This document shows positions 1 through 7,002 of a stretch of 19,067 nt of DNA, one piece after another. The stretch's first letter is position 1. Every line of letters starts with the position of its first letter. The notes under the pieces are model-generated. The model worked only from the letters and a program-made list of their open reading frames with translations. It had not been told where the DNA came from and did not search any database. The stretch comes from a bacterium. Its GTDB lineage: Bacteria; Arandabacterota; Arandabacteria; Arandabacterales; JALGWA01. The DNA lies in contig JASFEA010000056.1 in assembly GCA_050125095.1 (NCBI GenBank), positions 1 through 19,067 on the forward strand, read 5' to 3'. The position numbers were made by a program, and so were the translations under genes.

Positions 1-3000
1 TTGATTACCTTGGTCACACCTGAAAACCCGCTCGCCTGCATCCGGACGAAGTAGAGCCCTGGCGCCACCACCCTACCCCTGTTGTCTTCGCCATCCCAAC
101 CCACGGTGTGAACCCCCGGATCAAACGTCTCGTCGACCAATGTCGTCGTGAGCCTTCCCATTACATCGAATATCTCTATGCGTACGGCCGCCTCATTTGA
201 CGGCACCGCGAATGCGATTGTAGTTGCTCCCGGGCTTGGATTGGGCAGGGCGTTATACAGCGCGAACGCCGCCGGCGTGTCGTCGGGCCTGGGGCAGCCT
301 CCGCCGCAGCCCGGGCCAACGCCCGCCAGCGCGTCGCCGCTCCAGATGACAACATCGTCGATGTACATGCCCTCTCCGCCCGTGTAGGAGTCGGAGCCGA
401 ACTTTATCCTGAAATAGCACTCACCCTGGTAATGCGAGAGATCGAACTCCACCCGGGTCCAGTCGGCCCGGCCCGACCACACTCCCTTGCCGGCGGGGAA
501 GGGCGCGCCAGAATCCTCCAGTATGCTGTACGGATATCCGCCTATGGGATCTATCGGCATAGCCACGCCCGCCGAGTCCACCAGCGATATCCCGACGCCG
601 TCCCAGGCGAGCCCGGATCCGGTCAGTGGCTCATAGGCCTCCGCGTCGATCCAGTACCAGAAACTCAAGCGTGCGTCCTCGCCGAGGGTCACGACCGGCG
701 ACTCCAGGAACGCTTTCTGATGACCTGCGTAGTCGCCCGCGCCCGTGTCGCCGCACTTCCAGCTCGAACCGCCGCCCGATGTGTGGTCGCGCTGCGTGGA
801 GAGATGCCACTGGTCGGTCCAGCCCGCGGCCCCCATGTGCGTCCAGCCCTCTTCGCCTGTCTCGAAGGCGAAGTCATGTGCGTCGAGCACACCGAAGACG
901 ACGTAGGTTGCCTCGGGTTCGTAGGTGACGTGCTGTGCGCCCGAAGCGTCCACGGCCTTGATGCGGTACTCGATGAAATCGCCCGGCACCGGCGCCAGGT
1001 CGAGGGGCACCTCATAGATGTCCGTGCCCAGCCTCTTCGCCATGGGAAGCGCCGGCTGCGCGTCGCCGTTATAGAAGTACTCGAGCTCCACCGTGTCGAT
1101 GCCGAGATTGTCGGTCACCTCGGCGGCCACAACGACGGGCCATTCAGCGTCCGGCTGGTCGGCCAGTGCCGTGTGTGCGATGACCGGGGGAGTCGCGTCC
1201 GTGCCCACGGTGAAAGAGTGTACCGTTGCCGGCGCGCCTTCGGGATGGGTAGCCGCCGCGGGCCAGTCGCCCGCCCTGGCGCTCACGTAGTACTCCACCG
1301 TGTTGCCCATTCCCTGCGCCGGGATCGTCGCCGTATATTCATCCGGATTCGCGGTCGGCGCCGTGGCGAGCATGGTCCAGCCGCCGCCGTCGTCGTACCA
1401 GACGACAATGGAATCCGGATCGAGATTGAGATTGGACTCGACGGTAGCAGTCACCGGGAACGGGACGCCCGCCACCTCCGAGTCCGTTACCTTATTATGT
1501 ATGATTTCGATGAAGAGCCCGGGGCCTATGCCATGCGCCCCGAAAGCGCTCACTATCTCATAGTAATGCGGCGTGCCGTTGGAGAGGTCGCCGTCGTCAT
1601 CGTCGGTCTCGAGAAGGTCCCAGAAGTAGTCCTGGAAGTTTTCGGCCCTGCCGTAGCGCGCGAAGTGCATGAGCGAGTCCGAGAGGGCGGTGTCGGGCCA
1701 GAGGTTGGTCCTCATGTCCCACAGCGCGCCGCCGAGTACGCGCCCGTCGTCGTGTACCTCGCCCGTCAGGTCCTCCGGGTACTTGAGGCCGTTCGACATG
1801 TTCCTGAAATAACCGCCGGTGATAACGCCCTCGCCGATGTAGGACTCATTGGTGATGGTGCATGCCGTGTAATCGGCGAAAGCTTCATGCATGGCGCCAG
1901 ACGGCGAGAAGGGCCGGTACTGGAAGTCGACGATGGCGTGCCCGTACTCGTGGTAGATGACGTCTGCGAACATCGCGAGGTCGTTACACGTGCCGTAACC
2001 CGCCCCCAGCGTTATGCCGTTTCCGTCCCAGTAGGCGTTGCAGTAGTCGGTCTCGTTTACTCTTACGGGCGTGATCCTGTCCACGCCCGTAAATGAAGGG
2101 TCGACGCCCTTTATCCAGTCATGAACCACGCATGTATGGTAGTAGGCGTTGCGCTCGTTCTCGAGCGAGTTGGCGTCGTCCCAGAGAAGGTTGAGCTCGG
2201 TGCCCGGCGGGACTGTGTCGTAGTATGCCGCTTCGGGGCCCGTAAGATTGCTCACTACCGCCCAGTCGCCGCGAAGGCGCGTGAACATGTTGCGCGTGCC
2301 GCCCGTCCCCACCTCGATTGAGTAATAGCCAGTAGCGTCGGTGGTGTCTTCTCCGTATGTCTCGGCCGACATGTACTCGCACCAGAACGGGCCCTCCGTG
2401 TCCGGGTCCGTGATGTACATGGGCTTGTAATAGCCCGTTACGGTTCCGTGCACCGTGTCGTAGCGGATCTCGTTGATACGCCTCAGAACCTCGCCTGTCC
2501 CGGCGTCCACGTAAGTCTTCCAGATGGCCGGGCCGTCCTGGACGCGCAAACGCACCTCATAGGCCAGATGATACGTAGCCTCATCGCCCCGTACCGCGGG
2601 GAGGATCACCAGCCGCGACGAAAGCACCTCGTCGGTGATCATGTCGAAGGCCACAGCGTCCTTGGCGATACCTACGCCGGCGGCTTCCGAAAGGCCGGGC
2701 GCAGTCGAGATGTCGACGTTCGGGTAGAAGTCCGAGCCGAACATGGTGACGAGGCCGTCGTCTTTGATCCTGACATGCACGCGGCCGCCGATCACCTCGA
2801 GGCCGTCATGAACTTGCTGGTAGTCGGTGTACCAGCGGCCGCCGTGATGCTCGCTTGAGACATGGTGAAGGGACTGGGGTACTACCCCGAGAAAGCTTGC
2901 ATTGTCACGTACGAATTCTCCGGTGACCTCCTTGATGTTGCTCTCCGAAAGAGACCCCGCAATCCCCAGGCCCTGCCCGACCACACGATGCGGGGTCTCA

Positions 3001-3233
3001 GTAACAGTGTTCCAAACCCCAGTCCACCCTTCGCCATGCTGTTCCTTGAAAGACTGAAATCTCCCTTCGGCTTCTATAGAGGGTGCCTTCGTGTCCAGGT
3101 ACATCCGATCCTCTGCCGGAGACCCTACGAGCGCCTCACTGGGCGGCACGAAGGCATAACTTGCGCTTGCGGTGAGAAGTACCGCCATTGATATGGCGTA
3201 TATGTATGATGAGTGCTTCAGGTGCCTGACCAT
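1..3233 (-). CDS. Secreted zinc metalloprotease precursor, M4 (thermolysin)/M36 (fungalysin)-like, with FTP/PepSY-like propeptide, accessory beta-sandwich domains and C-terminal FlgD-Ig/sorting domain (3' end runs off window)
   Basis: Translated by hand: open frame from ATG 3233 to the window edge (1077 codons, no stop), RBS AAGGAGG at 3242-3248. Signal peptide MVRHLKHSSYIYAISMAVLLTASASYA. FTP-like YQQVHDGLEVIGGRVHV and PepSY-like WKTYVDAGTGEVL. Catalytic motifs CNAYWDG, HEYGH (1938-1952), GAMHEAFAD (1872-1898), EVHDDG (His 1752-1754). C-terminus PNP...IFDVMGRL...WDGEDNRG...PGLYFVRM...TKVI. Confidence 0.93.
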   Translation of the reverse strand, partial: MVRHLKHSSYIYAISMAVLLTASASYAFVPPSEALVGSPAEDRMYLDTKAPSIEAEGRFQSFKEQHGEGWTGVWNTVTETPHRVVGQGLGIAGSLSESNIKEVTGEFVRDNASFLGVVPQSLHHVSSEHHGGRWYTDYQQVHDGLEVIGGRVHVRIKDDGLVTMFGSDFYPNVDISTAPGLSEAAGVGIAKDAVAFDMITDEVLSSRLVILPAVRGDEATYHLAYEVRLRVQDGPAIWKTYVDAGTGEVLRRINEIRYDTVHGTVTGYYKPMYITDPDTEGPFWCEYMSAETYGEDTTDATGYYSIEVGTGGTRNMFTRLRGDWAVVSNLTGPEAAYYDTVPPGTELNLLWDDANSLENERNAYYHTCVVHDWIKGVDPSFTGVDRITPVRVNETDYCNAYWDGNGITLGAGYGTCNDLAMFADVIYHEYGHAIVDFQYRPFSPSGAMHEAFADYTACTITNESYIGEGVITGGYFRNMSNGLKYPEDLTGEVHDDGRVLGGALWDMRTNLWPDTALSDSLMHFARYGRAENFQDYFWDLLETDDDDGDLSNGTPHYYEIVSAFGAHGIGPGLFIEIIHNKVTDSEVAGVPFPVTATVESNLNLDPDSIVVWYDDGGGWTMLATAPTANPDEYTATIPAQGMGNTVEYYVSARAGDWPAAATHPEGAPATVHSFTVGTDATPPVIAHTALADQPDAEWPVVVAAEVTDNLGIDTVELEYFYNGDAQPALPMAKRLGTDIYEVPLDLAPVPGDFIEYRIKAVDASGAQHVTYEPEATYVVFGVLDAHDFAFETGEEGWTHMGAAGWTDQWHLSTQRDHTSGGGSSWKCGDTGAGDYAGHQKAFLESPVVTLGEDARLSFWYWIDAEAYEPLTGSGLAWDGVGISLVDSAGVAMPIDPIGGYPYSILEDSGAPFPAGKGVWSGRADWTRVEFDLSHYQGECYFRIKFGSDSYTGGEGMYIDDVVIWSGDALAGVGPGCGGGCPRPDDTPAAFALYNALPNPSPGATTIAFAVPSNEAAVRIEIFDVMGRLTTTLVDETFDPGVHTVGWDGEDNRGRVVAPGLYFVRMQASGFSGVTKVI

Positions 3234-3311
3234 CGTTTCTGCCTCCTTCATCTCCCTGGTATTTAGATTTGGGGTTACAGAGAAAGTTACAAAAATAATT
3301 ACTATATAATT

Positions 3312-3355
3312 AAAGAAAAAGGCCGGGCCGCTTCCTGGCAGCCCAACCCTTCCCC
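3312..3355 (-). terminator. Intrinsic-terminator-like hairpin with U-tract in the 5' leader of the metalloprotease gene
   Basis: Minus strand reads GGTTGGGCTGC-CAGGAA-GCGGCCCGGCC-TTTTTCTTT: 11-bp stem with 3 G-U pairs followed by a 9-nt U-rich tract. It pairs fully only as minus-strand RNA. Confidence 0.6.
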
Positions 3356-3363
3356 ACACCCTG

Positions 3364-3369
3364 ATTATA
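3364..3369 (-). promoter_or_regulatory. Putative -10 box (TATAAT) for the metalloprotease gene
   Basis: Plus-strand ATTATA at 3364-3369, 131 nt above the ATG. No convincing -35 (TGGCGG at 17-bp spacing). Confidence 0.45.
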
Positions 3370-3425
3370 CTGAATATCGCGGCAATCCGCCAGCTTGCCA
3401 GCAGGCGCCCATCGGGTTTTGGCCT

Positions 3426-3453
3426 TTGTCCGGTAGGGCATATGTGGTATAGC
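3426..3453 (+). promoter_or_regulatory. Weak candidate promoter for the UPF0182 gene
   Basis: TTGTCC (3426-3431)-N16-TATAGC (3448-3453), with an extended-10 TG at 3445-3446. The last -10 position is non-consensus. Confidence 0.25.
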
Positions 3454-3645
3454 TGGGGTCGCGGGTCAAATGTAGTGTCTGCGGAATCGAATAATGCGGC
3501 CCCCGCGGGCGTAATAAGGGCGGAGGCATGACCAACTTCCGAAGCCCACGGGGTCTGCTTGCCGCCCGCAGGGCGCCTTGCAGGCCCCCGGGCTGAAAGC
3601 AGATTGTGCAAAATAAGACCTGACCCCAATACGAGGTGAGCTGAC

Positions 3646-6498
3646 ATGTATGTGGCCATGATTCTGGTTCTCATCGCGATTTCCGGTTTCCTGCTGGCGA
3701 CGGGCGCGGCCAGGCGCCGGCCGGGCAGGTCGATAGCGGGCGCCCTGCTGCTCATAGGGACCATCTTCTTCTTCTGGTTCATGGGCTTCTGGGGCGAGAT
3801 GCTGTGGTTCCAGGCCCTGGGCTACACGCGCAGGTTCTGGACGGTCGTGGTAGCCAAGCTCGAGCTCACGCTCGTGGGCCTCGCCTTCGGCTACGTCTTC
3901 ATGTATCTTCTCACGCTGTCCATTCCCGGAGAGCACAGGCGCGTGAGGCGCATCGCCCGCGGCTTCGGCGCGCTGGTCGGAGCTATCTGGGGCGTCAACA
4001 ACTGGGAAGTCATGCTCAAGTTCTGGCGGGCCGTGGAGACGCCGCTCTTGGAGCCCGTACTCGGCAAGGACACGGGTTTCTATCTCTTCCGCCTGCCCTT
4101 CTATGACAGCGCGATTGTACTCATCGGGCTTCTCTCCTTCTTTGCCGTGGTGGCCGCGGCCATATCCGTCGCGCTCCGCTACAAGGACCTGGCCGTCGAG
4201 TTCCTGATGACAGGCGGGGGCGACGGTGAAGCCAGGCGAAAACGCGAGTACATACGGGCGAAGATCTTCACGCCGCTCTATATCAACGCGGGCATATTCC
4301 TGATCATACTGGCCGTCGGCCGTTACCTGAGGCGCTTCCACCTTCTCTATTCCACGTGGGGGGCGGTGAGCGGCCCCGGCTGGACGGATGTCAACATACG
4401 CCTTCTCATGTTCAATGTGGTTGTCGTCCTGACCGCAGCCCTGGGCGTCATGCTGCTTGTCCCGGCGCTCCGCCGCCTCTTCCAGGGCGTCGTGGCCCCG
4501 CGCCTCAAGCAGATAGAGCTCCTGCATGTGGCTACCCTTGCCTCGACGGGCATCGTCATGCTGCTCATGTGGCTCGTAGCCCTCGCGGTCATCCCCGGCC
4601 TCTACCAGTGGCTCAGAGTCGAGCCCAACGAGATCACCTATGAGGAACCCTATATATCGCATAATATCGATTTCACTCGCCACGCTTTCGGGCTGGACAG
4701 GATAGAGGAGAGGGAGTTCCCGGCATCGTCCGTCTTCACGCCCGACATGGTGCTTGAGAATCCCAACTTCTTCTCCAATATCAGGCTGTGGGACTGGCGC
4801 GCCCTCGACGCGGTCTACAAGCAGTTCCAGGAGATTAGGCTCTATTACGAGTTCGTTGACGTCGATATCGACCGCTATACCATCGACGGCCATTACAGGC
4901 AGGTCATGACGTCGGCCCGCGAGCTCTGGCTTCCCAACCTGCCGGCCCAGAGCCAGACCTTCGTCAATCAGCGCTTCAAGTACACGCATGGCAACGGCAT
5001 CACGCTCACCACCGTGAGCGAGTTCACGCCCCAGGGCCTGCCGCATCTGCTGATTGAGGACATCCCGCCCAGGAGCAAGTACCCCGAGCTCCAGGTCACG
5101 CGCCCTCAGATATATTACGGCGAGCTCACCTACGAGCACGCCATCGTGAACAGCCAGGAGGAGGAGTTCGACTACCCGAGCGGCGAGGAGAATGTCTACA
5201 TACATTATCCGGGGACGGGCGGCGTACAGCTCTCCAACATATGGCGCAAGTTCATCTACGGCTACAAGTTCGACGGCACGCGCCTCTTCGTCTCGGACTA
5301 CCCGACCAGGGAGAGCCGCATCATGTTCCATCGCCAGATCCGCCAGCGGGTCCGGACGCTGGCCCCGTTTCTCGATTTCGACGAGGACCCTTACATAGTC
5401 CTGATGGACGGCAGGCTCTACTGGATCGTGGATGCCTACACCACGTCGAGGTACTTCCCGTACAGCGAGCCCTTCACGTCGGACGAGCTAATCCAGTACA
5501 AAGAGGGTAACAGCACGCGCTCCCTGCATATGGTCGTCAACGACTACCTGTCGGGAATCAATTACATCCGTAACTCGGTTAAGGTCGTGGTGGACGCGTT
5601 CGAAGGCACCGTGGACTTCTACATCTTCGAGCCCGATGACCCCCTGGTGCAGGTGTGGTCGAGAATATTCCCGGACCTCTTCAAGCCGGCCGACGAGATG
5701 CCCGCGGAGCTCAGAAAGCATGTTCGCTATCCCGAGGATCTCATGCTCACCCAGGGCATCGTCTATTCCAAGTATCACATGTCCGACCCAACGGTGTTTT
5801 ACAACCAGGAGGACCTCTGGATCAGGGCCACGGAGAAGTACTACGACCGCGTCATGCCGGTCTCGCCTTATTACATCATGTGGCAGCTGCCGGATTCGAC
5901 CGACCCCGAGTTCGTGATGATACTTCCTTTCACGCCCAAGAACCGGCAGGTCATGATCGGCTGGATCGCGGGCATGTGCGACGGCGACAACTACGGGCGG
6001 CTGCTCGCCTACAAGTTCCCCAAGGAGACGCGCGTCCTCGGCCCGCAGCAGGTCGAGACCAAGATCGACCAGGACAGGTTCCTCTCGGGTCAGCTCACGC
6101 TCTGGGACCAGCGCGGCTCCAAGGTCATACGCGGCAATGTGCTCGCCATTCCCATAGAGGAGACGCTGCTATATGTCGAGCCCATTTACCTCCAGGCCGA
6201 GACGGCGGCATATCCCGAGCTCCGGCTCGTGGCCGTGATGCACGGCGACAACCTGAGCTATGCCGAGACCTTCGAGGAGGCCCTGCGAGGGCTTTTCGAG
6301 GGCGTGGCCCTGGCAGCACCCGAGCGCGACTGGGAGGTGCCCGCGGAGGAGGCGTCGCTTAACGACCTCATAGGGCAGGCCAACCAGGCATTCGAAGACT
6401 ACCTGAGCTACCAGAGCCAGAAGCGTTTCACCGACGCCGCCCGCGCCCTCGAGACGCTGCAGCGCGCGCTGGAGCAGCTCGCGGAGAAATCCGAATAG
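3646..6498 (+). CDS. UPF0182 family integral membrane protein (950 aa)
   Basis: N-terminal multi-TM region with LWFQALGY, GKDTGFYLFRLP and GWTDVN motifs, then a large soluble domain with family-typical NIRLWD, QEIRLYYEFVDVDIDRY, YTHGNG, PQIYYGE, LAPFLDFDEDPY, WIVDAYTTS, NYIRNSVKVVVDAFEG, HVRYPEDL and VIRGNVL...LYVEPIYLQA...PEL. RBS GAGGTG at 3633-3638. Confidence 0.95.
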   Translation: MYVAMILVLIAISGFLLATGAARRRPGRSIAGALLLIGTIFFFWFMGFWGEMLWFQALGYTRRFWTVVVAKLELTLVGLAFGYVFMYLLTLSIPGEHRRVRRIARGFGALVGAIWGVNNWEVMLKFWRAVETPLLEPVLGKDTGFYLFRLPFYDSAIVLIGLLSFFAVVAAAISVALRYKDLAVEFLMTGGGDGEARRKREYIRAKIFTPLYINAGIFLIILAVGRYLRRFHLLYSTWGAVSGPGWTDVNIRLLMFNVVVVLTAALGVMLLVPALRRLFQGVVAPRLKQIELLHVATLASTGIVMLLMWLVALAVIPGLYQWLRVEPNEITYEEPYISHNIDFTRHAFGLDRIEEREFPASSVFTPDMVLENPNFFSNIRLWDWRALDAVYKQFQEIRLYYEFVDVDIDRYTIDGHYRQVMTSARELWLPNLPAQSQTFVNQRFKYTHGNGITLTTVSEFTPQGLPHLLIEDIPPRSKYPELQVTRPQIYYGELTYEHAIVNSQEEEFDYPSGEENVYIHYPGTGGVQLSNIWRKFIYGYKFDGTRLFVSDYPTRESRIMFHRQIRQRVRTLAPFLDFDEDPYIVLMDGRLYWIVDAYTTSRYFPYSEPFTSDELIQYKEGNSTRSLHMVVNDYLSGINYIRNSVKVVVDAFEGTVDFYIFEPDDPLVQVWSRIFPDLFKPADEMPAELRKHVRYPEDLMLTQGIVYSKYHMSDPTVFYNQEDLWIRATEKYYDRVMPVSPYYIMWQLPDSTDPEFVMILPFTPKNRQVMIGWIAGMCDGDNYGRLLAYKFPKETRVLGPQQVETKIDQDRFLSGQLTLWDQRGSKVIRGNVLAIPIEETLLYVEPIYLQAETAAYPELRLVAVMHGDNLSYAETFEEALRGLFEGVALAAPERDWEVPAEEASLNDLIGQANQAFEDYLSYQSQKRFTDAARALETLQRALEQLAEKSE

Positions 6499-6647
6499 GC
6501 GCCCGGCGGGTTAGGACCTCCCGGTGAGTTCTATGTAGAGACTGCCGTGGACGACCTCATAGGCCAGGGGCAGGAGGGGGTCGGGGGGAGGCGACTGTGA
6601 CGCTCCAGGCTACTCGAGCGGGACGTATTCCTGCAGTCTGCGGTTTA

Positions 6648-6764
6648 TCATTCCCAGCCGGCGAATACCCATAGCAGTAGTTTCACAAGGCCGATGGCCA
6701 GGGCGATGAGGACAAGGGCCATCGCGACCCGCGCCATCTTCATCTTCACATCAAGCAGCGACAT
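6648..6764 (-). CDS. Putative small single-pass membrane protein (38 aa), below the ORF-track cutoff
   Basis: MSLLDVKMKMARVAMALVLIALAIGLVKLLLWVFAGWE, ending in tandem stops TGA TAA. Basic N-terminus followed by a ~23-aa hydrophobic stretch. GAGGA lies about 11 nt upstream and TATAAT 129 nt upstream. Confidence 0.5.
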   Translation of the reverse strand: MSLLDVKMKMARVAMALVLIALAIGLVKLLLWVFAGWE

Positions 6765-6810
6765 CTAATATACCATCCTCGGTTGTGCAATCTCTATTTG
6801 CGTGTTCTGC

Positions 6811-6830
6811 GCGGCGGGTCTATCCGCCGC
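6811..6830. repeat. Perfect 7-bp GC inverted repeat (hairpin) in the intergenic region
   Basis: GCGGCGG-GTCTAT-CCGCCGC. No clear U-tract on either side. Confidence 0.35.
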
Positions 6831-6892
6831 ATGATGGTTCCACCAGTAATACACCGCGAGGGACAGATTTATTCAGCGGCATATTCAGCCGG

Positions 6893-6898
6893 ATTATA
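6893..6898 (-). promoter_or_regulatory. Putative -10 box (TATAAT) upstream of the small ORF
   Basis: ATTATA on the plus strand at 6893-6898, next to a TATTCAGC direct repeat. No good -35. Confidence 0.35.
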
Positions 6899-7002
6899 GA
6901 AAGCCCGGGAGCCGGAAGGCGCGCTGCTGAAATGCACTGTCCCCGGGCAGTCGGTACTGACTCCTGCGGTCACGGTGCGATATGCTGCAGGGTGCCCCGG
7001 CT

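Noticed and set aside
432-3191. Plus-strand ORFs 432..2096 (554 aa), 2121..2321, 2448..2858 and 2862..3191
   Set aside because: They are codon-aligned antisense shadows of the minus-strand metalloprotease, Arg/Val/His-rich and without motifs.
3466-5331. 621-aa minus-strand ORF
   Set aside because: Antisense shadow of the well-supported UPF0182 gene, typical of high-GC coding DNA.
6362-6568. 18-nt near-direct repeat ACGACCTCATAGG[G/C]CAGG at 6362-6379 and 6551-6568 (possible att site or target duplication)
   Set aside because: No integrase or transposase nearby, and a 14-nt version also occurs inside the metalloprotease gene (2554-2567), so chance or codon bias is sufficient.
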